Below are positions 49,348 to 61,862 of a DNA stretch of 64,000 bases, piece after piece. The first letter of the stretch is position 1; each line of letters starts with the position of its first letter. The notes under the pieces were generated by a model. That model had not been told where the DNA came from and did no database searches. It saw only the letters and a program-made list of their open reading frames with translations. The translations under genes were made by a program, and so were the position numbers. The DNA is from an uncultured delta proteobacterium (GTDB taxonomy: Bacteria; Myxococcota_A; Polyangia; Fen-1088), in NCBI GenBank assembly GCA_963767925.1, contig CAVYGB010000001.1, positions 160,001 through 224,000 on the forward strand, read 5' to 3'.

Positions 49348-50817
49348 ATGAAAAGAAACGTTCTGGTACTTCCAATCGTAGGCCTCGTTCTGGGGCTCAG
49401 CGGCGGCTGCGCTGGTGATGACGGCCCCTCCGCCGTCCGCTCACTCGAGCGGGCCACCTCCAACCTCGCAGTGGCGGCGACGATCGACCCGCGCCGGTCG
49501 CTGGTGGCCACCGAGCAGGTGATCCTCGCGCGCTTCGGCTTCAAGAAGGTGCTCGACCAGCTGGTGGCCGGCAGCGGGGTGCCGGGGTTGACCTCCTTGC
49601 AGCTCTTCCGTCAGTGGTGGGACACCCAGAATCCCAAGCCGGGACTGGGGCAGGGGGCTCACTGTGACGACCAGGTCGACGGCAGCGGGGCGCCCACGCT
49701 GAACAGCTACCCGTACAACTGCCGGCCCGCGCCCTCCGAAGGCGCGCAAGCCACCGCCGATCCCTTCGCCGAGCCGCTGGAAGCCAACCCGGATTCCTAC
49801 CTGCCCATCGGCGTCTTCACGCGGACCGACCTGGCGCGCCCGGCGACCGGATCCTGCGGGGAGTACCGGATCGTCTTCGCCAAGCGGTCGGGCGTCACCA
49901 GCGCAACCCAGCGCAACCTGATCATCTTCGAAGGCTTCCTGCCCAACGCCCGCAGCGATCGCAGGCTCCAGGGTTGCAGGCCGCTGTTCCAGTTCGTGGC
50001 CGATCTGTCGGCGCACAGCGATCCTGATCAGCGCGGGGCGCTGCTGGAGCAGCTCTTCTTCCGGGGCGCGGCCGGCTTCCCTCCGGTGGTCGACGTCGCG
50101 CACTACGGAGACAACCCACGCCGGGTGGGCCAGATCCGCACCAACCAGTTCGTCAACGCCCCCGGGTTCACCTGGAGCCTGCGCGAGTTCAAGCTTCTCC
50201 GCAGCTGCACCGGCCGATCCTGCAGCGCCATGCGGCTGGTCCCGGTCACCGTCAAGGTCAACCCGTTCGGACCGCTGTTCGGCGATCCGGCCGGGCACCC
50301 GCGGGCCAACGAGTTCCAGGCCTCCGAGCCCAACCGGGTGGTGGCCGACCTGGCCCGGCCGGACTTCGACGCCGCCGGGGTGGAGGTTCCCGACCAGTTC
50401 AACACGGGACAGAGCCACGCTTCGGGGCCGGCGGAGAACAACTACCTGGTCCAGTTCATGGGGGCACCCTCCGGTTTCCGAGACCGCATCCAGGATCGGC
50501 TCACCAGCGCCGGCAGCAACCTGACCCCGGAGAACGTGGTGGCCCGCTTCATGGCGCTGTCCTGCGCCGGCTGCCACAGCTTCAGCAACAACATGGACCT
50601 GGGGGGAGGCAACACCTGGCCGTCGTCCCTCGGCTTCACCCACGTCGGCGAGAACCAGACCGAGACGGTCGACGGCCAGGTCCGCTTCGTGATCTCGCCC
50701 GCCCTGGTCAACGTGTTCCTGCCGGCGCGCAAGGCGCTGCTGGAATCCGTGCTGGCGATCGACGATCCCCAGCCCAGCGCCCCGGACGAAACCCTGGGCG
50801 GCCGAGTGACCCACTGA
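49348..50817 (+). CDS. Uncharacterised lipoprotein with C-terminal heme c motif
   Basis: Lipobox SGGC; CGEYRIVFAK, GQIRTNQF, WSLREFKL, SCAGCH, FTHV. Confidence 0.75.
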   Translation: MKRNVLVLPIVGLVLGLSGGCAGDDGPSAVRSLERATSNLAVAATIDPRRSLVATEQVILARFGFKKVLDQLVAGSGVPGLTSLQLFRQWWDTQNPKPGLGQGAHCDDQVDGSGAPTLNSYPYNCRPAPSEGAQATADPFAEPLEANPDSYLPIGVFTRTDLARPATGSCGEYRIVFAKRSGVTSATQRNLIIFEGFLPNARSDRRLQGCRPLFQFVADLSAHSDPDQRGALLEQLFFRGAAGFPPVVDVAHYGDNPRRVGQIRTNQFVNAPGFTWSLREFKLLRSCTGRSCSAMRLVPVTVKVNPFGPLFGDPAGHPRANEFQASEPNRVVADLARPDFDAAGVEVPDQFNTGQSHASGPAENNYLVQFMGAPSGFRDRIQDRLTSAGSNLTPENVVARFMALSCAGCHSFSNNMDLGGGNTWPSSLGFTHVGENQTETVDGQVRFVISPALVNVFLPARKALLESVLAIDDPQPSAPDETLGGRVTH

Positions 50818-50827
50818 TCGAAAGACG

Positions 50828-50856
50828 GCAGCGGTGCGCCTGGAGCGCACCGCTGC
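50828..50856 (+). terminator. Perfect 12-bp hairpin after the lipoprotein gene
   Basis: GCAGCGGTGCGC-ctgga-GCGCACCGCTGC; no U-tract. Confidence 0.55.
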
Positions 50857-50862
50857 ACATCC

Positions 50863-50946
50863 GTGGTAACCATCGCCGGCAAGGCCGGCGATGACCTCGC
50901 CACGGGGACGCTGAACAGTGTGCTAAAACAAGCAGGTCTTCGATGA
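50863..50946 (+). pseudogene. hicA: 3' remnant of HicA toxin
   Basis: VVTIAGKAGDDLATGTLNSVLKQAGLR*; the TGA overlaps the hicB ATG. Confidence 0.8.
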
Positions 50947-51167
50947 GATACCTCGTGGTCGTTGAAGAGACGGAAGGGGGCTTCTCGGCGTATTCGCCCG
51001 ACCTCGCCGGCTGCGTCGCGACGGGTTCTACCCGTGAAGAGGTACAGCGCGAGATGGCCTCGGCTATCTCGTTTCACCTCGAAGGACTGCAGTCGGAGGG
51101 GCTCGACATCCCGGAGCCGCATTCGTTCTCTACGTACGTCGACGTGCCCGCTCAACCAGACCGTTGA
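50943..51167 (+). CDS. hicB: HicB family antitoxin
   Basis: YLVVVE....FSAYSPDLAGCVATG.T.EE.....AI.FHLEGL...G..IPEP. Confidence 0.92.
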   Translation: MRYLVVVEETEGGFSAYSPDLAGCVATGSTREEVQREMASAISFHLEGLQSEGLDIPEPHSFSTYVDVPAQPDR

Positions 51168-51399
51168 CGCTGACGGCCCTCTCCCACGCCTGCGGCTCGG
51201 TCGGTCGCAAGCGCCCCGACCTGCTACCCGACTGGATCGCCGTCTCGCATCCCGAGATCCTCGTGCAAGACGGTCCCACGATGTCCTCTCCTCTGCCTCC
51301 AGGCCCCGGCTCCTCAAGCGCCATCTTCCTGAAAGGCGCAAGCCCGGCCGGGACGATCCTCGTCGATGGATACGTCCCACCGGCCCTCCATCGCGGGGC

Positions 51400-54204
<2,805 letters not shown>

Positions 54205-54327
54205 GGTCGTGGGGCCTCCCGCAGCCTTCTTAACACCGAGCGGGCCGTATCACGCGCATCATCTGCCGGCGGTCGCCTTCGATGGTGCTCGTCAGGGCCG
54301 CCGCGCGTCGCCGTCGTGTTCGGATGC

Positions 54328-54670
54328 AACGATCGAGGTGATCGGGCATCCCCCTCCCGCCCGGCCGGTCGAGTGGCTTCGAGGCAAGGTCCGCGTCCTG
54401 GGCGATGTCGAGTCCACCGGCCTGAAGTGGGACGCCGGTGGTTAACCTCGACACCCATGTCCTGGTGTTCGCGCTGTCTGGTGACGTGACCGTCCGCGAG
54501 CGGCGCATCCTGCCGGCGAACAGCTGGAGCCTCTCACCGATGTCTTCTGGGAGCTCGCAAAGCTCGTTCATCTGGAACGTATCGACCTGGACCTGGATGA
54601 TGCGGAGGTCGTCCGCATTCTCTCTGGCATCCACGCCTGGCCGCTCGATCTCGCGGTGAGCCTGCGTCAC
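54328..54670 (+). pseudogene. Phd-type antitoxin 3' remnant plus frameshifted, truncated VapC (PIN) toxin
   Basis: LRGKVRVLGDVESTGLKWDAGG* overlapping VNLDTHVL...; second frame FWELAKLV..ERIDLDLDD. Confidence 0.65.
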
Positions 54671-54810
54671 GTGCACGATGGCCGCGGATGGGCGCTTCCG
54701 CGGAAACGTCAGGTGGGGGTGGTCACGCTCCCGCGGAAACGTCAGCGGCGCCGGCGACGCGGGCGTCACGGGGATGTCGCTCCTCGAACACGCGCGTGCC
54801 TGGATCCGGC

Positions 54811-55318
54811 TCAGGGTTGGGCCAGGGATTCGGCTTGCTTCAGGTAGGCGGCGTAGTTGGGGTGCAGGTTGGTGTGCAGGAGGTCCATGGCCTCGATGCC
54901 GCACGTGGGGGCGAGGGGAGCGCTCGGGGTGTGGTGGGGCGCGGCCAGGAAGACGACCGCCTGGTAGCTGGGTCTGGCGAGGGCGGTTTTCCACAGCTTG
55001 CGGGCGGGCCACTTGGGGTAGCGGTGCAGCCAGTGCTTGAGGTCCTTGCGGTCGGCGAGGCACTGGCTCAGCCAGGTAGCGGGCTCGGGGGTGATAGCTC
55101 CGGGTGACGGAGGGGCACGCAGGGTGCGGACGAGAGTGATCGACGGGGGACGGTTTGCTCGCGTGAGCTTGACGTCGACGACGGCGATGGCGGCGGCCTT
55201 GGCGGCGAGCTCTGCTGGCTTCAGATATTCACCGGCCAGTGCCGGTCGCGGACACCAGCATCGCAGACAGCGCCGCGGCCCGAGCGAACGTCTTCGAGTG
55301 CCAGCTCGTTCTCATCAT
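54811..55318 (-). pseudogene. Exported hypothetical protein with a frameshift in the signal peptide (candidate immunity protein)
   Basis: MMRTSWHSKTFARAAALSAMLVSA / PALAGEYLKPAELAAKA...PTCGIEAM...QP*; frame change near 55245. Absent from the ORF track. Confidence 0.55.
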
Positions 55319-55333
55319 TCACCTGTGAGCCTA

Positions 55334-56161
55334 TCATTCGCCCGCCAGCTTCTTCGGACGGAGGACGTAGAGCTCGTCGGCGCCGTCGGTAAAAGAGCGG
55401 TTGGCTGCGTTGGCGGTGGTGCCGGCGAGCCAGTTTCCGGTGTCCTCCGAGGCTCCGCCGTGATGGGCGCCGGTGGTCTTGAACGGGGAGACGCTGGTGA
55501 TCACCTCGATGTGGGCGGTGCCCTCGCCCGCGCCCGGCCGGTCGCGCACGATGACGTCACCCACCTTGATCTGCGACGGGTCGGTGATCCGGTCGAACAG
55601 ATCGTGGCGGGCCGGCCAGGTCTCGGCGCGCGCGTAGTGGAGCGAACCGTTGTCCATCGTCACGGTGGGGGCCTTCACGCCGGCCTCGGTGAGGGCGTCA
55701 CCCACGAACTGGTTGCATTTGTTGTTGCCTTCGAGCCAGCGGGGGCGGGTCTGCCCGGGGACGGTGTTGCCGGACAGTTCGGCGAGGGGGCTGGTGGGAG
55801 CGTTGGCGTAGGCATAGCCCGCGGGGTCCGCAGCCGCCCGGCTGGTGGCGGCCTGGGCGATGGCGGCTCCGTGGTAGGGCCCCTCCCGCCGGCCCAGCTC
55901 GAGCGCGCCGAACAGTTGAGCGGCCTGCCCCGATTTCTCGAAGCTGTTGCGTTCGCCGTTTCGGTCCAGGCTGTCGACGATGTTGAAGGCGGCTCGCAGC
56001 TCGCGACGACCCGAGACGATGCCGTCGCCGTCCAGGTCGGCCTCCGCCAGCTTCGATCCGTCGATCCCCGCGTTCTGGAGCGCGGTCTCGAGGTCGGCGT
56101 CTTCGAGATCGATGCCGTGCGCGAAGGTGTTGTTGAACTCCTGCCGTGTGACCTTGCTCAT
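55334..56161 (-). CDS. EF-hand-containing NlpC/P60-CHAP-like amidase (candidate effector)
   Basis: ADLDGDGIVSG EF-hand-like loop; NKCNQFVGDAL..AG, KVGDVIV, AHIEVIT (Cys/His dyad); no signal peptide. Confidence 0.6.
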   Translation of the reverse strand: MSKVTRQEFNNTFAHGIDLEDADLETALQNAGIDGSKLAEADLDGDGIVSGRRELRAAFNIVDSLDRNGERNSFEKSGQAAQLFGALELGRREGPYHGAAIAQAATSRAAADPAGYAYANAPTSPLAELSGNTVPGQTRPRWLEGNNKCNQFVGDALTEAGVKAPTVTMDNGSLHYARAETWPARHDLFDRITDPSQIKVGDVIVRDRPGAGEGTAHIEVITSVSPFKTTGAHHGGASEDTGNWLAGTTANAANRSFTDGADELYVLRPKKLAGE

Positions 56162-56544
56162 GTCGGTTCGCCTCGTGCGAGTTTTCGGTCGAGGTCCGAC
56201 GAAAGTTGCGCGCCGACGGCGGGAGAGCCTCCTGGAGACCTCCCTCCGCGCAGCGACTGGAGCCGAGGTCGAGGGCTACACAACCGACGGCAAAACGGTG
56301 AACAACTACCTCAGCGTTCTCCGTCGCATGCTCGGTGTGACGAGGAGTAGCTCCGCCGCTCAACCGCCAGCCGGACCTCATGACGCCGTCGGCGAGCGAC
56401 AACCCGCGTGGTTTCACAGGACTTTTGCAGGCGCGGGGTGGCGGGTAACATTATCTAGTATAGGTATAGAAACGTTTCGGTAGTGCGGCTGGCGACGTGG
56501 GGTTCTTCTCCCCGAAACACGGTCCCAACGAGACGAGGGTTTTG

Positions 56545-58191
56545 ATGCTGAGCTCTGGCTGGAGACGCCTTTCCTTTGTTGTGCTGGTGGGGGCGGGCCT
56601 CGGGTGTAACGGGGTGATTGTGCCCGGTGAGGGGGGCGGTTTGGGCGGGGGCGGGGATCCGGCGGCGGGGGCGCCCGCGACGGGACAGATGCGGCGGTTG
56701 ACGGCGGCGCAGTTTCGGCGGTCGTTGCAGGATCTTCTCGGCGGTCCGGTGGCGGGGTTGGGGGAGGTCGAGGAGCCGCCGATCAGCACCAGCTTGCGGG
56801 CGATCGGGGCTTCCATCTCGGCGGTGTCGCCGCGGGGGGTGGAGCAGTTCGAGAGCGCGATTGGCAAGGCGCTGGATCCGGTGTTTCGCGATGCGGGTCG
56901 CCGCATGGGGGTGGTCGGCTGTGAGCCCGCGGGGGCCTGGGATGCGGGCTGCGCGCGGCGCTTTGTCGAGGGGTTCGGGTTGCGGGCCTGGCGGCGGCCG
57001 CTGGCGGCCGACGAGATCGATCGCTACCTCGCGCTCGGCGAGGAGGAGGCGCGGGCTTCCGGGCGGTTTGCCGATGGGGCGCAGACCATCGCCTCGGCGT
57101 TGCTGCAGTCGCCGAACTTCATCTACCGGGTCGAGCTCGGGCGGGCGCCGGCGGCGGGCAAGAGCTGGGGGCGGTATGGCGGGTTCGAGCTGGCGACGCG
57201 CATGTCGTATTTCCTGTGGGGGACCACGCCGGACCCGGCCCTGCTGGCTGCCGCCCGCGAGGGGGCGCTGAACACGCCGGCGGGCGCGCGCGTGCAGGCG
57301 CAGCGCCTGCTCGATTCGCCCCGGCTGGCCGAGGGGCTCGCCGACCTGGTGGGGGACATGATGGCGCTCGACGGGGTCGACATCATGGTGAAGGACCCTG
57401 CCATCTACCCCCAGCTCACGCCGAGCTTGCGGCTGGCGCTGCGCGAGGAGGTCGTGCGCCTGGTCCAGGACATCGCCGTCACGCGCGACGGCGACCTGAT
57501 GGAGCTGTTCGACACCGACCGCACCTTCGTGAACGCGGAGCTGGGCAAGCTGTACGGCATCCCGGTTTCGGGCACGGGCTGGGTGGAGGCGCGCCACCCG
57601 GCGGGCGAGGGGCGCGCGGGGTTGCTGACGGCGGCGGCGCTGCTCACGCCCCACGACAAGGCCCACCAGACCTCGCCCACCCGGCGCGGGGCCTTCATCC
57701 GCAACACCTACTTCTGCGACCACATCCCCGACCCGCCTCCGGGCGTCGACACCTCCCCCGAGCCGCTGGCGCCCGGGGTGGTCATCAGCCGCCGGGAGAG
57801 CCTGGCCCAGCACAACACCGACGCGGCCTGCGCGCCCTGCCACGAGCTGATGGATCCCCTCGGCCTGGCGCTCGAGAACTTCGACGCCATGGGGGTCCAC
57901 CGCCTCAAGGAGGAGAACGGGCTGGCCATCGACGCCAGCGGGGTCATCGACGGGACGGCCTTCAGCGGGCCGCGCGCGCTGGGGGCGCACATGCGCCAGA
58001 GCCCGAAGGTGCGCGACTGCATGGCCCGCTGGATCTACCGCTACGCGACCGGGCGCGAGGAGAACAGCTACGACAACGCCCAGATCGAGCGGCTGGTGGC
58101 GGACTTCGCCAGCTCGGGGCAGCGGCTCGAGCCGCTGCTGCTGAACCTGCTGCTCAACGACGGCTTCGTGAACGTGTCGGCGACCCGATAG
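56545..58191 (+). CDS. DUF1587/1595/1592/1588/1585 (PSD/PSCyt) domain lipoprotein
   Basis: MRRLT..QF..SL.DL, RAWRRPL, LLQSPNFIYRVE, ELATRMSYFLWG..PD, TSPTRRG, CAPCH..MDPLG..LENFD. Confidence 0.92.
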   Translation: MLSSGWRRLSFVVLVGAGLGCNGVIVPGEGGGLGGGGDPAAGAPATGQMRRLTAAQFRRSLQDLLGGPVAGLGEVEEPPISTSLRAIGASISAVSPRGVEQFESAIGKALDPVFRDAGRRMGVVGCEPAGAWDAGCARRFVEGFGLRAWRRPLAADEIDRYLALGEEEARASGRFADGAQTIASALLQSPNFIYRVELGRAPAAGKSWGRYGGFELATRMSYFLWGTTPDPALLAAAREGALNTPAGARVQAQRLLDSPRLAEGLADLVGDMMALDGVDIMVKDPAIYPQLTPSLRLALREEVVRLVQDIAVTRDGDLMELFDTDRTFVNAELGKLYGIPVSGTGWVEARHPAGEGRAGLLTAAALLTPHDKAHQTSPTRRGAFIRNTYFCDHIPDPPPGVDTSPEPLAPGVVISRRESLAQHNTDAACAPCHELMDPLGLALENFDAMGVHRLKEENGLAIDASGVIDGTAFSGPRALGAHMRQSPKVRDCMARWIYRYATGREENSYDNAQIERLVADFASSGQRLEPLLLNLLLNDGFVNVSATR

Positions 58192-58201
58192 GAGCACCGC
58201 G

Positions 58202-59593
58202 ATGGCATCTTTTCTCTCTCGCAAGCCCCTCTCTCGACGCCTGCTGCTCCGGGGAATGACCGCCGGGGCGGCGGTCGGTGTGTCGCTGCCCCGGCTGGGG
58301 GCGATGCTCGACGGCAACGGCGCGGCCTACGCCGACGGGCGGGCCCTGCCGAAGCGGTTCGGGGTCTGGTTCTGGGGCAACGGCAACAACCCCTCTCGCT
58401 GGAACCCCAAGACGGTCGGCCTGGGGTCGGCCTGGGAGCTCAGCGAGCAGCTCGCCCCCTTCGCCAAGGTGAAGCAGAACCTCACCGTCCTCAGCGGCTA
58501 CGACTGCAAGGTCGGGGGCGCCGTGCACCGCACCGGTCCGGCGGCGGCCCTCAGCGGCGCGCCCCCCAGCCGGGCCCAGAACTACACCGCCGCCACCATC
58601 GACCACGTCATCGCCAAGCTGATCGGCGGCAGCACGCCCTTCCGCTCGCTCGAGGTCGGGGTCTGCCGGGCCACCGCCAACGGCTCGGGCCACGCGGTCA
58701 ACTACGCCTCCTCCTCGGGGCCCAACGCCCCGGTGGCGCCGGAGTACGACGCCAAGGTCGTCTTCGAGCGGCTGTTCGGCAAGGCCCCCAGCGGGGCGCC
58801 GGCGCTGCCCGGGACGCCGGCGGGGCCGGATCGCTCGCTGATCCGGCGCAAGCGGGTGCTCGACACGGTCGCCGAGGACGCCCGCGTCCTGCGGCGGCGG
58901 CTGGGGGCCGACGACGCCCGCCGGCTCGACCAGCACCTCGAGGGGATCGACCAGCTCGAGAAGCGCATCTCGATGATGTCCTTGCCCGGGGCGGGCCCGG
59001 CCGGCGCGGCCTGCAGCCTGGCGCCCGACGCCGCCGGGACCTACCCGGCGGTGCTGGCCGACAACAACGGCCTGGTCACCCACGAGCAGAACCAGGCCAT
59101 GGCCGACCTCGTCACCTACGCCGCCTCCTGCGATCTGACCCGGGTCTTCCTCTTCCAGCACGGCCGCCCGGCGGCCCACTACAACATGCGGGTCATCGGC
59201 ATCAACACCAACATCCACGACGACATCAGCCACGGGGAGGGCGGCGATCAGCCGACCATGAACCGGGCGATGCTGTACTGGATGGACCAGTTCCGCTACT
59301 TCGTGGAAAAGTTCCAGGACACGCCCGACGGCGCCAGCAACCTGCTCGAGAACAGCATCGTCTACGCCACCTCCGACGTATCGCTGGGGCGCAGCCACTC
59401 GGCCAGCGACATGCCGGTTCTCCTGTTCGGGCGGGGCGGCGGCGTGCTCAAGGGTGACCAGCACCACCGCGCGGAGAAGGACAACATCAGCAAAGTGCTG
59501 TTCACCCTGGTCAACCTGTTCGGCGCCAACGTGACCGAGTTCGGCCTCGGGCCGGGCCGGGTCACCAGCGGGATCCCCGAGATCCTGGCCTGA
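58202..59593 (+). CDS. DUF1552 (HXXSHH-type) Tat-exported protein
   Basis: LSRRLLLRG, PKRFG.WF.GNG, TIDHVIA, SLEVG, CDLTRV, HDDISH, NLLENS; follows the DUF1592 gene. Confidence 0.92.
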   Translation: MASFLSRKPLSRRLLLRGMTAGAAVGVSLPRLGAMLDGNGAAYADGRALPKRFGVWFWGNGNNPSRWNPKTVGLGSAWELSEQLAPFAKVKQNLTVLSGYDCKVGGAVHRTGPAAALSGAPPSRAQNYTAATIDHVIAKLIGGSTPFRSLEVGVCRATANGSGHAVNYASSSGPNAPVAPEYDAKVVFERLFGKAPSGAPALPGTPAGPDRSLIRRKRVLDTVAEDARVLRRRLGADDARRLDQHLEGIDQLEKRISMMSLPGAGPAGAACSLAPDAAGTYPAVLADNNGLVTHEQNQAMADLVTYAASCDLTRVFLFQHGRPAAHYNMRVIGINTNIHDDISHGEGGDQPTMNRAMLYWMDQFRYFVEKFQDTPDGASNLLENSIVYATSDVSLGRSHSASDMPVLLFGRGGGVLKGDQHHRAEKDNISKVLFTLVNLFGANVTEFGLGPGRVTSGIPEILA

Positions 59594-59637
59594 CCGGGGG
59601 CGCGTCCTGCGCCGGGAGGGGAGACCCGCCCCGGCGT

Positions 59638-60314
59638 ATGATGCTCCTGAGCATCGTACGCGCGCGGCGCGGGCCAGCGGCCCGTTCCCTGCCTTCCACT
59701 TTGCCCTCGCCCTGCCGCTGGCCCTGGCCGGGCTGGCGCTCGGGGCGCCGGCGGCGGCCGCCGAGTGGCCCCCCCTCGACAAGCAGGTGACCCTGCGGGG
59801 CGACCTCGTCGCCTACCAGTACTGGCTCGCCAACGGGCTCACCGTCGTGCTCACGCCCAACCCGGCGGCGCCGCTTGTGTCGATCTACCACTGGGTCAAG
59901 GCGGGCAGCCTGCACGAGACGCCCGGGGTGACCGGCATCGCCCACCTGTTCGAGCACATGATGTTCCGGCCGGTGGCGCCCAACCCGGCGGCGGGCAGCT
60001 TCTCCACCGCCTGCCGGGTGGCGGCCCGGTCTTCCAGCAGGTACCGCGCCTTCCAGGACCCCGAGGCGGACGGCGACGCTCTCTACCGCATCGGGTTCTC
60101 CGGCTCGCTCGACAGCCTGGCCTACTTCGTCGGCTACCGGATGGCCCAGACCATCGAGAAGCGCCGCGGCCGGGCCCGCCTGCTGCAGCTCATCGCCCGC
60201 GACCCCACCGAGTTCTTCCACGAATACGCCGCCACCCGCACCTCCCAGGACCCCACCTTCAGCGCTCCCTTCCAGCAGATCCTGGAATCTCTCACCACCC
60301 CCGTTACCCACTGA
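59638..60314 (+). pseudogene. Chimeric remnant: M16 zinc protease N-terminus fused to the C-terminus of an unrelated protein
   Basis: LANGLTVVL, WVKAGS..E.PG.TGIAHLFEHMMF (HxxEH), then an abrupt switch to AYFVGYRMAQTIEK..GR..LL. No in-frame ATG for the signal peptide. Confidence 0.65.
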
Positions 60315-60451
60315 GCGCTCGCGGCGATGGCCGCCGGCGTCCTCCTTCGGCGTCGACGGGGGCCGAGCCGAGATCGCGCAGCGGCGACTCGACCCGCCCG
60401 ACGGGGTGTAGCGCGAACGCGTCCGGCTCGCCCATGCTCCGGCCTCGCGGG

Positions 60452-61504
60452 TCAGCGGTCTGCGGGGAGGGCCAGGCTGTTGCCGTCGTCGACCTGCAGA
60501 TACGGGCCGAGCGGGACGGCGTCGTTCCAGATGTCGAAGCTGCCGAGAGCGGTGCTCGGAAACGATCCGGGCTGATAGGCGGTGGGGGAGGTGCAGGTGA
60601 CGCTGGAGACGCTGGCCGGATTCGGGGCCTCGCGGCGGAGGACGTCGAGGTACCAGTACTTCTTCAGCGCGCGCCGCTCCCGCGCCCGCAGCGGGGAGGC
60701 GCTGGTGCAGATGCCGTAGGCGAAGCGCAGCAGGGCCCGGACCGGCGCCGGGGGGGTGTATTCGGGGTCGATCGAGTCGCCGGGGCGGACGGTGAAGACG
60801 CGGCCCTCGGTGATGGTCATCTGCTGGGCCTCGGCGGCGATGGCCATGACCACGACGAGCCGCCCGCCCTGGTAGGCGCTGCGCGCCGAGCGAAAGCCGG
60901 GGGCGGTCGCGCGCAGGCGGGTCCGGCCGCCGGGGACGGCCACCGCAAACGTGCCGTCCGCGCCGCTCCACACGGTGGCGATCGGGGCCCCGCTCTCGCG
61001 GACGGCCTCCAGCCGGATGCCATCGAGCCCGACGCCGGTCTCGTCGACAACGCGGCCCCGCAGGACGAACCCCCGGGGGGACTCGACGCTGGCGGCGGGC
61101 TCGGCGGCGTCCGTGCCGTCGACGGCGCTGGGGGGCAGCCGGGCGACGACAAGCTCGAAGCGGCCGGGTCCGGCCGGGACGAGGCGCGTGACGCCGAACG
61201 CCGGCGAGACGACGCCGAAGTTGTACCGCCCCTGCGGGACGACGAGCTGGACCTTGCCCGCGGCGTCCGAGGCGGCCATGGCTGCCACGGCGTCGGTGCG
61301 GGCGTCCGCGGCGAACACCATCAGCCCATCGACCGGCCGGCCGGTCATGTCCATCACCGTCCCCGCGATGGTCCGCCGCTTGACCGCGGGAGCGGGCGGG
61401 TCGTCCGGCGCGGCGCGCGCGCCCCGGCCGCTGGTGACGCCCAGCAGCCCGACGAGGACCATCCCCCCGACGACCCTGGCGATTGTCCCGCGAAGCGTGC
61501 GCAC
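60452..61504 (-). CDS. Exported protein with two carboxypeptidase-regulatory-like (beta-sandwich) domains
   Basis: IAGTVMD..GRPVDG; LRGRVVDETG; ADGTF..., LRATAPGF. Confidence 0.75.
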   Translation of the reverse strand: MRTLRGTIARVVGGMVLVGLLGVTSGRGARAAPDDPPAPAVKRRTIAGTVMDMTGRPVDGLMVFAADARTDAVAAMAASDAAGKVQLVVPQGRYNFGVVSPAFGVTRLVPAGPGRFELVVARLPPSAVDGTDAAEPAASVESPRGFVLRGRVVDETGVGLDGIRLEAVRESGAPIATVWSGADGTFAVAVPGGRTRLRATAPGFRSARSAYQGGRLVVVMAIAAEAQQMTITEGRVFTVRPGDSIDPEYTPPAPVRALLRFAYGICTSASPLRARERRALKKYWYLDVLRREAPNPASVSSVTCTSPTAYQPGSFPSTALGSFDIWNDAVPLGPYLQVDDGNSLALPADR

Positions 61505-61862
61505 AGGGTCCGACGATCGCGCTCCCCCCGGGTGGTGTCAACACGGCCCTCGTGCGGGTGTAGATGCGCCGCGGGCGTGGGCGGGATGCGCTGGCGCGTG
61601 GTGGCGTGCGACAACGCCCCCATCGAGCGCCTCACCGACACCATCTTCCTGCGCGCCCTCTGGCACAACCAGGTCCGCCCCCGCGGCCCCGGCTGATCCA
61701 CGCCCGGCGCGCGGCGCCCGCTCCGTCGCCGCCGTCCGAACCGCCCGCGCCCGGCCCGCCGCGACGTACGGTCCGCCCGGTCTCCCCGCGAGGCCCGCCC
61801 GCTCTCGATCCGCGCCCCACGCGCCTCAACCCCCTGCGCCGAAGTACCGATGCAGGTCGCGC

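Noticed and set aside
54690..54750. CCGCGGAAACGTCAG repeats (similar motif at about 36411-36435)
   Set aside because: Too few and too short to assign as an element or operator.
61586..61696. 36-aa ORF MRWRVVACDNAPIERLTDTIFLRALWHNQVRPRGPG
   Set aside because: Coding-like codons but too short and with no recognisable family.
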